Below the pieces are notes generated by a model, which searched no databases, was not told the DNA's origin, and saw only the letters and a program-made list of their open reading frames with translations. Of a DNA stretch of 64,000 bases, positions 18,960 to 28,664 are shown piece after piece. The stretch's first letter is position 1. Each line of letters begins with the position of its first letter. Both the position numbers and the translations under genes were made by a program. The DNA comes from Candidatus Eiseniibacteriota bacterium (GTDB taxonomy: Bacteria; Eisenbacteria; RBG-16-71-46; JABDJR01). The DNA lies in contig CAWANH010000003.1 in NCBI GenBank assembly GCA_963783375.1, forward strand, positions 1 to 64,000, written 5' to 3'.

Positions 18960-21641
18960 TCAGCGGTCCTGACGGCTTTCCGCGGGCGGGGACTCGGCGG
19001 GCGGGCTCACCGCTTCCAGACGGGCCTCGAGCCGTCGGATCTCCTGCTTCATCTCGTCCGAGGCATGACGGATCTGCTCGAGCTCCCGCGTGAGCTCCTC
19101 GCGGGAGGTCGCCGCGCCATCCCCCTTCCGGATGGCCTGCGCGGCGCTTCGGGCCGAGGCCTTCAGCCCGCGGTCGACGTCGCTCCCCGCCAGCCGTTCC
19201 AGGATCGGAACCGCTTCGGTATCGCCGAGGTCCCGTAGCCCCCGGACCGCGGACTGCCGGATCCGGAGGAAGGGGTCGTCGAGGGCGGCGAGGAGGCGCT
19301 TGCGGACCGTCTTTCGCCGGGCGTCGTCGTCGTCGAGCTTCCCGCCCAGATAACCCGCGGTCTCCAGCGCCTCCCGGCGGGTCTGGGTCGGCCCCGCGGC
19401 CCCGGCCAGGGGAAGCACCAGGTCCACCGCCTTGGGGTCGCCCAGGGTCCGGAACTGGGCTGCCGCGGTCCGGCGGACGGTGTCGTCCCAGGAGTCCCGG
19501 TCCAGGGCCGCCTTCAGGATGTCGAAGGCCTCGGTCGCCCCGTCCTTCCCCGCCTTCCCCACCCCCTGGAGCGCGCCTTCGGAGACCTGGGGAACCGAGT
19601 CGGTGAGGGCGATCCGGCGGAGGCGGGTCATGGCCCGGGGATCGGAAAAGCTCCCGAGGGCCACGGCGGCCCGCCGCCGGACCCGGGCGTTCGCGGCCTC
19701 GGATCCGGCCAGAAGCGCTTCCTCGGCCCGATCGCCGCCGAGTTCCGCCAGGGCCGCCGCCGCCTCGCCCCGCACCCCCCAGAACTCCCGCTCGTCCAGG
19801 AGCGATACCCGAAGCGAGTCCACCGACCGGGGGTCCTTCTCCCCACCCAGCGCCTCGGCCGCCCGCGCCCGGCTCACCACCGCGGGGGAGCGGCGGAGCT
19901 GGTAGGCGAGCTCCTCCGCCGACTTCCTGAAGTCGAGAGCCTTCACGATCTTCTCGCCCCGATCGAACTCCACCATCTCCGGGCGGGCCGGCGCCTCGAA
20001 GTAGAAGTCCCCCTGGGCGCGGTCGAGCACGATCCCCACCCGTTTCTTCCATCCGTCCCCGGTCAGATCCACGTCGGTCTCGATGTGGAAGAGCGGGGTG
20101 AGGGCATCGATCTCCTGGGTCTGGGCCAGGGAGAGGTGGACGAGCCGGGTCCCCGCGTCGTAGTCCCAGGAGGCTCTGATCTCCGGATGTCCGCCGTGAT
20201 AGACCCACTGGTCGAAGAACCGGTCCAGGGGCACCCCGCTCACCTCGGCCGCGGTGTCCCGAAAGTCGTGACTGTCCGCGTTTCCCGCCCGGTGCTCCTC
20301 CAGGAAGCGACGGAGAACCTCCCGGAAGACGGCGTGTCCGAGCCGGGCCCGGAGCATTCCCAGAACGAGAGAGCCTTTGGCGTAGGAGACGCTGTCGAAC
20401 AGATCGTTCGAGTCCTCGTAGTAGCGGGTGACCAGGGGACGGCGATAGCCTCGATCGGACCGGAGATAGCTCTGGAGATTCTCGTAGGCGTCCCAGGCCC
20501 CGGCGTCGGGTCCCAGGGCGACCTCGCGATAAACCGTCTCCCCGAAGGTGGCGAAGCCCTCGCTGAGCCAGATATTCGACCAGTTCCGGACCGATACCAG
20601 GTCGCCGAACCACTGGTGGGCCAGCTCGTGGACGACGAGGCCGACACTGGTACGGGCGTTCTCCACCACCCGAGGGTGGAGGGTCCGGGAGGTCAGGGTG
20701 GTGGCGGCGATGTTCTCCATGCCCCCGAAGAGGAAGTCCTCCACCTCGACCTGGCGGTAGGCCGGGTAGGGATAGCGCATCCCGAACTCCTCGCTCAGGA
20801 TGCGCATCATCTCCGCGGTCCGGGCGAAGGAGCGAGGCGCCTCGTCGTAGAGCGACGGGCGCACGTAGGAGAGGATGGGGATGGAGTCCCATTGGGTTGC
20901 GTAGATCCGGTACTCCCCCACCACCAGGGACATGAGGTAGGTGGGATGGGGAACGTCCATCCGGTAGTGCCAGGTCACCGTGCCGTCGTCGTTCCCCGTC
21001 TTATCCACCAGCGCGCCGTTTCCTATCACCGTGAACGCGGGATCCACGGTCACCCGCTCGTCGGTGGCCATTCGATCGTCCAGCTCGTCGACGCAGGGAA
21101 ACCAGAAGTGGTTCTCGTCCTGTTCCCCCTGGGTCCATATCTGGCGGGGCCGGCCGGGGTGGCTTCGATCGGGGAGGTTGAAGTAGAGCCCCTCCGGCGG
21201 ATTCACCGCGCGGTAGTCCACCGCCACCGCCAGGGTCTCGCCCCGGTCGTAGGCGCGGTCCAGTTCAACGGCCAGGGTATCCCCCAGGGTTCGCCAGGAG
21301 AGCGGGCCGCCCCCGACCAGGCGGACTCCCTTGAACTCCATCCGGTGCTGATCGAGGCGAAACACATCGAGGCCGTCGCGGAGGGGGGCGAACCGATGAA
21401 CCACCGTTCCCTCCACCGCCCGCGCGTTCCAGTCGAACCGCACCGAGAGGTCGGTGTGAACCATGTCGACATCACGAACACGGTCGTAGCGGGCCGATGC
21501 GTCGGGGGAAACGAAGGAAGCGGTGGGGCGGGGCCCCTGGGCCCGAACGGGGGGGGCGCCGGCGAACAGCAAACCGGAAGCGAATACCGCCGCGAGGGCG
21601 GCGACGAGGAGACGGGATGACCGGGGGCGGCGGTTGGGCAT
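18960..21641 (-). CDS. Exported M1 family aminopeptidase with HEAT repeats and C-terminal coiled coil
   Basis: Signal peptide, WFPCVD, GGMEN, HELAHQWFGD...WLSEGFA, YAKG, HEAT/PBS-like repeats. Confidence 0.94.
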   Translation of the reverse strand: MPNRRPRSSRLLVAALAAVFASGLLFAGAPPVRAQGPRPTASFVSPDASARYDRVRDVDMVHTDLSVRFDWNARAVEGTVVHRFAPLRDGLDVFRLDQHRMEFKGVRLVGGGPLSWRTLGDTLAVELDRAYDRGETLAVAVDYRAVNPPEGLYFNLPDRSHPGRPRQIWTQGEQDENHFWFPCVDELDDRMATDERVTVDPAFTVIGNGALVDKTGNDDGTVTWHYRMDVPHPTYLMSLVVGEYRIYATQWDSIPILSYVRPSLYDEAPRSFARTAEMMRILSEEFGMRYPYPAYRQVEVEDFLFGGMENIAATTLTSRTLHPRVVENARTSVGLVVHELAHQWFGDLVSVRNWSNIWLSEGFATFGETVYREVALGPDAGAWDAYENLQSYLRSDRGYRRPLVTRYYEDSNDLFDSVSYAKGSLVLGMLRARLGHAVFREVLRRFLEEHRAGNADSHDFRDTAAEVSGVPLDRFFDQWVYHGGHPEIRASWDYDAGTRLVHLSLAQTQEIDALTPLFHIETDVDLTGDGWKKRVGIVLDRAQGDFYFEAPARPEMVEFDRGEKIVKALDFRKSAEELAYQLRRSPAVVSRARAAEALGGEKDPRSVDSLRVSLLDEREFWGVRGEAAAALAELGGDRAEEALLAGSEAANARVRRRAAVALGSFSDPRAMTRLRRIALTDSVPQVSEGALQGVGKAGKDGATEAFDILKAALDRDSWDDTVRRTAAAQFRTLGDPKAVDLVLPLAGAAGPTQTRREALETAGYLGGKLDDDDARRKTVRKRLLAALDDPFLRIRQSAVRGLRDLGDTEAVPILERLAGSDVDRGLKASARSAAQAIRKGDGAATSREELTRELEQIRHASDEMKQEIRRLEARLEAVSPPAESPPAESRQDR

Positions 21642-21735
21642 CACGGCCCTGGAAAATGCCACACGAGCCCGGCCCCGTCAACGAGGGATGCGCGGAATCC
21701 GAATCGCCGCAGGGCGGCGCCGCGGACGGACGGGA

Positions 21736-23055
21736 TCAGCCGGCCCCGCCGACTCCCGCCTTCCGGGCCATCACCGCCGCTTCCTCGCTCATGGCCGCCA
21801 CCGGTTCCGGCGCGCCCTCGGGGTAGCGCGCGGGGTCGCCGGACACCTTGCGGGGACGTAGCTCCCGGGCGAAGATCGGCTTGGCCCCCAGGCGAAGGGC
21901 CGAGAGTTTGAGCTCGTAGGTCCGCCACTTCATGTCCCGCTTCGGCAGGTACCGCGCGTCGTCCGGAGACACGATGAGGCTGACCTCGATCCCCGGGGTC
22001 ACCCCGATGGGGATCCCGTTCCGCCGGCAGGCGTCCCACATGTACTCCATCACCACCCGCATGTCCTCGTAGGAGGGGGACGGGTAACGCTCCATGTCCG
22101 AACCGATGGTGGGGCGGAAGATGCAGACGGTGGGAAACGCCCCCACTCCGGTGATGTAGTCGATGGCCTTCAGGGTGTCCTCGATGGGTTCGACCCCGGC
22201 GATGATCTCCCCCGAAACCCTTCCCTTGCCCATCTTCTTGGCGGAGTATTCGATGGCGTTGAAGAACGTGCGCTGGCCCAGGAGCTTCTCCTTCCCGGGC
22301 AGGAGCTCGGCGAAGTACCCGGGGTTCTGGAACTCGTAGCAGAAGGAGAAGTGGTCCGCGCCGCAGTCCACCAGCCAGTCGTACTTCCAGAGGTTCGGGG
22401 AGGGGGTGACCTGGATGCCGGTCAGGACCCCCACCTCTTGCTTCATCGCCTTGACGTAGGGGGCCACCTCGTCCAGGCCCCGGTCCTTGCCCGCATATCC
22501 GCTGTTGAAGTGAACGAAGGTGACCCCGGACTCCGCCTTGGCCGCCTTCGCCACCTCCACCACGTCCTTGACGTCCTTCTGCGCCACCTCGTTCACCCCG
22601 ACGTTGAGCCCGGTCGTGCAGAACTTGCACCCGAGGCTCGGGGAGTGATACCAGAAGGAGCAGGAGTTGGAGAGATAGATCCCCAGGTAGGTGCCCTGAA
22701 GCACCCCGACCTTGTGCATGGGGGTTCCGAGGGAAGTCCGGGAGGTATACCACTTCGGCTCGGACGGTATGCGGACCTCGTACTCCTCGCCGCTCCGGGT
22801 GTCGCGCACCAGGTAGTCGTCCCCTCCCTTCACGAGCACGAAGGGGGTGCTGTAGACGAAATCCTCTTCCACCGGCGCGTTCATCCAGATGTCTTTCAGG
22901 TCGCCGGGGATGACCAGCTCCAGGCCGCTTCCCAGGCCGGCGCGGGTCCGGGTGAGGAGGCGGCCGTCCTCGGAGATGGAGCAGCTCGGGTCCAGCTTGA
23001 TTCCCCGGCAGAACAGGTCGATCTCGAGCTCGGCGGGGTTCAGGCGATCGGACAT
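21736..23055 (-). CDS. Radical SAM protein with non-canonical CX10CX2C motif (biotin synthase-like/MSMEG_0568-related)
   Basis: RTRAGLGSGLEL N-terminal motif, CSFWYHSPSLGCKFC, SFCYE, IIAGVEP, PTVCIFRPTIGS. Confidence 0.85.
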   Translation of the reverse strand: MSDRLNPAELEIDLFCRGIKLDPSCSISEDGRLLTRTRAGLGSGLELVIPGDLKDIWMNAPVEEDFVYSTPFVLVKGGDDYLVRDTRSGEEYEVRIPSEPKWYTSRTSLGTPMHKVGVLQGTYLGIYLSNSCSFWYHSPSLGCKFCTTGLNVGVNEVAQKDVKDVVEVAKAAKAESGVTFVHFNSGYAGKDRGLDEVAPYVKAMKQEVGVLTGIQVTPSPNLWKYDWLVDCGADHFSFCYEFQNPGYFAELLPGKEKLLGQRTFFNAIEYSAKKMGKGRVSGEIIAGVEPIEDTLKAIDYITGVGAFPTVCIFRPTIGSDMERYPSPSYEDMRVVMEYMWDACRRNGIPIGVTPGIEVSLIVSPDDARYLPKRDMKWRTYELKLSALRLGAKPIFARELRPRKVSGDPARYPEGAPEPVAAMSEEAAVMARKAGVGGAG

Positions 23056-23072
23056 GGGGGAAACCTCCGGGT

Positions 23073-23501
23073 TCAGTCCGGCACGGTGAAGGTGAACGCG
23101 CGCCGAAGCTTGGGGGGGCGGATCTCGGGGTCGAAGCCGCTGGTCGCGAACTCCAGCCAGCCGTTCATCTCGGTCGGAGACGCATCCACCCCCGGGATGA
23201 TGCAGACGCCGTAGGAGAAGCGGTCCCGGCTGAAGGGGACCTGGCTCCCCTTGTAGAAGAAGGCGGCGGCCTGGCCCTTCATGGGGCCGTCCGGGATGCT
23301 GAACACCTTGACCACCGCCCGGTTGGGGCGGCCGTCCACCTCCCGGAGGCTGGCAAAGTCGAAACCGGACTCGACCGGTCGGAATTCAAAGGGGTCCGGA
23401 TGCCCTTCCAGGGCCTTGAGGAGGGCGTCCGAGGCCGGGATCTCCCGTCGGCAGCGTTCCAGGGCCAGGGCGGCGTCGGGGTCATTCTGGTTTGCGATCA
23501 T
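23073..23501 (-). CDS. Hypothetical protein co-transcribed with the radical SAM gene
   Basis: 142 aa ORF with AAGGAG RBS, high GC3, 17 bp gap to the downstream gene. Confidence 0.75.
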   Translation of the reverse strand: MIANQNDPDAALALERCRREIPASDALLKALEGHPDPFEFRPVESGFDFASLREVDGRPNRAVVKVFSIPDGPMKGQAAAFFYKGSQVPFSRDRFSYGVCIIPGVDASPTEMNGWLEFATSGFDPEIRPPKLRRAFTFTVPD

Positions 23502-23623
23502 GGTTTGGGCTCCTTGGGATTCCGAACCATTCTATCCAAAAACGGTCATGTTCCAGCGGTCAAAATCGATCACTAATCTGGATACGTCGTATCGACCAAA
23601 CTACGTGGACTCCGGCCTCCTCT

Positions 23624-23652
23624 TTGACCTGGTTCGAGCGGATCGGTACGAT
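23624..23652 (+). promoter_or_regulatory. Sigma70-type promoter for the M28 peptidase gene
   Basis: TTGACC-17 nt-TACGAT in an AT-rich divergent intergenic region. Confidence 0.7.
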
Positions 23653-23722
23653 TCCTCGTCCCCCCGAACCCGGCGCCGCCCGCGCCCGGTCCGGATCCGA
23701 AACCCTTGAACGCGAGGCCCCC

Positions 23723-25611
23723 GTGAAGCGACATCCGTACCCCTATCCGAAGCACGTGTTTCCCATCCTCGCCGCCCTGGCTCTTCTGGCGCCGGGTCTC
23801 GCCCCGCCGGGCACCGCGGCATCCGCGTCGCCGGCGGTCGCCCCCGCTTCCGGGCAGCTCCTCGTCTCCCCCGACTCCCTGATCGAGTCGGTCAGGTGGC
23901 TGGCCGACGACGCGCGCGAGGGCCGGATGACCGGAAGCCCGGGCTGCGAGGCCTCGGCCGCCTACATAGCCCGGCACTTCGAGGCCGACGGGCTCCAGCC
24001 CGCCGGCGACGACGGCTCCTGGTTCCAGAGCTACGACGCCACCATCGGGGTCCGGCTCGGCGACGGGAACGTGCTCCGGGTGGACGGGGTGGACGGCCTG
24101 GATCATCTGAAGATCCACGATGATTTCGTCCCCTTCGGATTCAGCGAGAGCGGAACCGTGGACGTGCCGGTGGTCTTCGCGGGCTACGGCATCACCGACG
24201 ACGAGGCGAGCTACGACGACTACGACGGCATCGACGTCAAGGGGAAGGCGGTCCTGGTGCTCCGGCACGAGCCCCAGCAGGAAGACAGCACCAGCGTCTT
24301 CAACGGCCGTTCCTTCACCCAGCACGCCCTCTTCCGGAGCAAGGCGATCAACGCCCGGGAGCACGGGGCGGTGGCCATGCTGGTCTTCACCGGACCTCTG
24401 AGCCAGGGCTACGAAAAGGACAAGCTGACCCGGCTCGACGGCGCCGAGGGAATCGGGGGGGGGACCTTCTCGCCGTTCACGTGAAGAAGGAAGTCGGCGA
24501 GGCGATGCTCCAGGCGGCCGGCACCGACGTCCGGAAGTGGATGGAGGACGTTGACCGCGACTTGAAGCCGCGCTCCTTCGACTTCGATTCCCCGATCCGG
24601 GTTCATCTCGAGGTCTCGGTGGCCAAGGACCGCCGTCCCACCGCCAACGTGGTGGGAATCCTTCCCGGCACCGACCCCTCGGCGGGGGCGCTGATCCTGG
24701 GCGCCCACTACGACCACCTGGGACGCGGGAACTCCAGCTCCCTCGCCCCCGACCAGATCGGAGAGATCCACAACGGGGCCGACGACAACGCATCGGGGAC
24801 CGCGGCGCTGATGGAGCTGGCCCGGGTTTTCGGGATCGAGGGCCCACCCCGGCGCACCCTGGTGTTCGCCGCCTTCTCCGGGGAGGAGCTGGGGCTCCTG
24901 GGGTCGTCCCACATGGCCTCGAATCCGCCGGTTCCCCTGGAGACGGTCCAGGCCATGATCAACATGGACATGGTGGGGCGCCCCCGGGACGGGAAGATCA
25001 CCGTGGGAGGGATCGCCACCTCCCCGGTGTTCAAGGACGTGATCGCCCGCGCCTCCGAGGGCTCGCCGCTCAAGGTCGGCACCAGCAAGAGCGGCTACGG
25101 GGCCAGCGATCACACGTCGTTCTACGTGAAGGACGTCCCGGTGCTCTTCTTCTTCAGCGGCCTCCACTCCGACTACCACAAGCCGAGCGACGACTGGGAG
25201 AAGATCGACCGCCAGGGAATCGCCGAGGTGACCAAGGTGGTCTACGCCACCACGCTCGACCTGGCCGACCGCGACGACCGGATCGAGTTCGCCAAGGCCG
25301 CCGAGGACTCGGCCGGCCCCCACGGCTCGGGCGGAGGCGGCGGGTACGGGCCCTACCTGGGGACCATCCCCGACTTCGGCGACTACGAGGGCGGGGTGAA
25401 GCTGGCCGGGATCAAGGAGGGAAGTCCGGCGGAGAAGGCGGGCATGAAGGGGGGCGACATGGTGATCCGCTTCGCCGGGAAGCCGATCGGCGATCTCTAC
25501 GCCTACACCTACGCGCTTCGCGACCAGAAGCCGGGCGACACCGTGGAGATCGTGGTGCTCCGGGACGGGAAAGAGGTGACCGTGCACGCCGTCCTGGAGA
25601 GCCGCGACTGA
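23723..25611 (+). pseudogene. M28 family aminopeptidase (signal peptide, PA domain, M28 catalytic domain, PDZ) split by a frameshift at a G9 run
   Basis: 5' ORF has signal peptide, LADDAREGR, VFAGYGI, DYDGIDVKGK. 3' ORF has GAHYDHLG, NGADDNASG, GEELGLLGS, NMDMVGR, SDH, DYHKPSD and PDZ. One extra G at 24455-24463 joins them. Confidence 0.88.
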
Positions 25612-25761
25612 CCCGGGGCTCTCCCGCGCCTTGCCAACCGCTTGATCGACGGCGAGTTCCGGCCGGTCGGGATTTTCCTCCCGGCCGGCCTCTTCAGTTC
25701 CTCCCCCTTCGACCGAGACTGGATGTGACCGCTCCCGCGATGGGAGAGAGGAGGAACCGTC

Positions 25762-26407
25762 ATGAGCCTTTGCAGCCTGAGCGGCGCCGCGCGGGTTCTA
25801 CCCGGCGCCGCCGCCGAACTACACGAACGGCGAGAGATCCCTGGGCCGCCGGGCCGCGCCGGGGGTCGGATCGCCGGCCCCCGCTTCCGATCCTTCGGCG
25901 ATCCTCCGGGCGGGAAGCATCAGCCGGACCAGTTCCGCCGAACTCCAGATCACCACCGGCGAAGGCGACACCGTGACCATCACCCGAAGCTCCACCTTCG
26001 AGGCGATGGTCGGCTCTCTCCGGTACCAGGACTCCGGTCCGGAAGGCGCCTATCGCCAGCGGGCGCGGTTCGAGCAGACCTCCCGGAGCAGCGACTTCAC
26101 GATCAGCGTGGAGGGGGATCTGAGCAAGCAGGAGCTGAAGGACATCCACAAGCTCCTGGCCCATCTCCGGCCCGCGTTCCGCTCCGCCTCGATGCGGGCC
26201 GGGACCGCCGCCGCGCTCCGGGTGAACGGGTCCAAGCTGGACTCGCTCTCGGGGTTCGAGTTGAGCTTCAGCCGTTCGGTCACCCGGAACTACCTGGAGT
26301 TCCAGGGCTCCCCGCCGGCCGCGGATCCACCCGCGGACCCGGCCACGGATCCGCCCGCGCCGGCCCGTGAACCGGTGGACGCCCCCCTTCCGCTCAGCGC
26401 ACGGTAA
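25762..26407 (+). pseudogene. Hypothetical protein (ITTGEGDTVTI / SVEGDLSKQELKDI motifs) with apparent frameshift near the 5' end
   Basis: Strong RBS gaggagg precedes ATG 25762, but the GC3-rich frame from about 25790 to stop 26407 is shifted by one base. Confidence 0.55.
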
Positions 26408-28664
26408 AGCGCACGCGGTCGGAGCCGGAGAGGGTCCGTAGCACCAGCTCGTGCTCGCCGGGGACCGGGGGCCAGAACGCATCCTCCCCCCGTCCCACCT
26501 CGCGGCCGTCCATCAGCCAGCGCCCGTCGGGCGGGCATCCGGGCGCGGTCAGACGAACCGCCTCGGAGGGCCCCAGGGTCGGGTCGCGGAAGTAGACGTT
26601 CCCCTCCTGGGGGGAGAGGATTCGAGGCCCCGAAGCGACCGGCGACGGCCGCTCCAGGAGTCCCGCCTCCCGCGCCCACCCCGCGTACTCCGCCGGCCAC
26701 GCGATCGTACGCCGTCCGTCCACCCGGCGGTGAAACGAGCACCGGGGGCGTCGCGCGTACTCCGGATCGGTGAACCATTCGAGAACCGTCCCCCCGCAGG
26801 CGGGACCCGGAACCGCTCCGGAGAGCGCGCACACCGGACGGAGCCGCCACCCCGCGGGAGGCGTCGCCGACCACGGCCGGCTCCCGCGGTCGTGGAGCCG
26901 GAGCATGATCTCGCGGAATACCGGCCCCGCGCTCCGGCTTCCGGGTAGGCCCCGGAGGGGCCGACCGTCGAAGTTCCCCGTCCACACCCCCACCACGTGG
27001 TCCCGGTCGAAGCCCACGCACCAGGAGTCGCGATAGCCGGTGGAGGTGCCGGTCTTGACCGCCACCGGGAACGGGAGATCGAGGACCGAGGCGCCGCCGA
27101 AGCCGGGGATGCGGGCCGCGTCGTCGGCGAGGACGTCGGCGGCCAGAAACGCCGAGGCCGGCTCGCACCACCGACGGCCGGCCGCGGGCGGAGCCGCCCG
27201 CTCGTGCCCGCGTGAATCGAGCGCCGCGCGGAGAAACGCCGGCGGACGGTAGACGCCGCCCCGGGCCAGGCCGGCGTAGGCGCTGGCAAGATCGAGGAGC
27301 GTCACCTCCCCCACCCCCAGGGTGAGCCCCAACCCGTAGCGCCCGGGATCGCCGCGAATGGAGCCGAGCCCGGCGGCGCGAAACCCGTCCAGGACGCGAC
27401 CGGTCCCGAGCGTTTCCTGGAGCCGCACCGCGGGGACGTTGAACGAGCTGGCCAGGGCTTCGCGCGCCCGCACCGGGCCGTGAAAACGGCCGTCGTAGTT
27501 CCGGGGGGCCACGTCCCCACCCGCCCCGTCGGCGGCGTGAAACGGCACGTCGGCCAGAAGGTCCGCCGGGGAGAGGCCGCGGTCGAAACCCAGGGCATAG
27601 AGGAAAGGCTTGAGCGCGGAGCCGGGCTGGCGAAGCGAGGTGGCCCCGTTCACCTGCCCCTCCTCGGGATCCGTCCACGCGGCGGAGCCGGTCATGGCCA
27701 GGACGTCGCCGGTTCGGATCTCCAGCACCACCACCGCCACCTGGCTGGAGTCCGCGGGGAGGGAGCGGGCCATCGATTCCGCCACCGTTCGCTCGACGTC
27801 CCCCTGGATCCCGGGATCGAGGGTGGTCACGAGCCGCGCCGACCCCGCCGCCCAGGCCGGTCGTTCGGCCAGGACCCAGTCCGCGAAGTGGGGAGCGCGA
27901 AAGGCCGGCGGCTCGGGGTCCAGGGAGAGGGGCTCGGCTTCGGCCCGGGCCGCCACCGCCGGGAGGAGCGCCCCACGGGCGGCCATCGCCCCCAGGATCG
28001 CGTCCCGCCGGGCGCGGAGCCGCGCGGCGAAGGCCGGATCGCCGAGCCGGCTCGGGGCCTGGGGAAGCGCGGCCAGGGTGGCGGCCTGGGTGGGATCGAG
28101 GGCGGCCGGCGACCGGTCGAAATAGCGCGAAGCAGCCTCACCAATCCCTTGAATACCATGGCCGTACGGGACTCGGTTCAGGTACTGCTCGAGGATCTCG
28201 TCCTTGGTCAGCCGCCGTTCCAGGCGAAGCGCCCGCACCGCCTCCCGGAGCTTTCCCGGAAGCGTCCGGGGCTCGGGCCAGAGCATCCCCGCCAGTTGCT
28301 GGGTGAGGGTCGAGCCGCCGCTCACGATCCGCCCGGCGCGGAGGTCGATCCACGCCGCCCGGGCCAGCGCCAGGGGATCCACCCCGGGGTGGCGCCGGAA
28401 GCGGCGGTCCTCGGCGGCGAGGGAGGCATCGATCAGGAGCGGCGAGACCTCGGAGAGGGGGATCCAGACCGCGCGAGTCTCCGCCCCCCCCAGGGTGGTG
28501 CGAAGGGGAGTCCCGTCGCGCGCGGTCACCACTGCCGAGGCGAGATCCCGGTAGTCCAGCGCGGCAAGATCGCAGGGCACGTGCGCCGCCCACGTCGCGG
28601 CCGCCACCGCTCCGGCAACCGCGGCCACCGCCGCCGCGCGCCACCGGAGCCGCCGCCGTCTCAC
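26394..28664 (-). CDS. pbpC: Penicillin-binding protein 1C
   Basis: Transglycosylase EDRRFRRHPGVD, GGSTLTQQL, YLN; transpeptidase PGSALKP, SFN, KTGTS; GTG 28664 overlaps the macroglobulin stop. Confidence 0.94.
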   Translation of the reverse strand: MRRRRLRWRAAAVAAVAGAVAAATWAAHVPCDLAALDYRDLASAVVTARDGTPLRTTLGGAETRAVWIPLSEVSPLLIDASLAAEDRRFRRHPGVDPLALARAAWIDLRAGRIVSGGSTLTQQLAGMLWPEPRTLPGKLREAVRALRLERRLTKDEILEQYLNRVPYGHGIQGIGEAASRYFDRSPAALDPTQAATLAALPQAPSRLGDPAFAARLRARRDAILGAMAARGALLPAVAARAEAEPLSLDPEPPAFRAPHFADWVLAERPAWAAGSARLVTTLDPGIQGDVERTVAESMARSLPADSSQVAVVVLEIRTGDVLAMTGSAAWTDPEEGQVNGATSLRQPGSALKPFLYALGFDRGLSPADLLADVPFHAADGAGGDVAPRNYDGRFHGPVRAREALASSFNVPAVRLQETLGTGRVLDGFRAAGLGSIRGDPGRYGLGLTLGVGEVTLLDLASAYAGLARGGVYRPPAFLRAALDSRGHERAAPPAAGRRWCEPASAFLAADVLADDAARIPGFGGASVLDLPFPVAVKTGTSTGYRDSWCVGFDRDHVVGVWTGNFDGRPLRGLPGSRSAGPVFREIMLRLHDRGSRPWSATPPAGWRLRPVCALSGAVPGPACGGTVLEWFTDPEYARRPRCSFHRRVDGRRTIAWPAEYAGWAREAGLLERPSPVASGPRILSPQEGNVYFRDPTLGPSEAVRLTAPGCPPDGRWLMDGREVGRGEDAFWPPVPGEHELVLRTLSGSDRVRFTVR

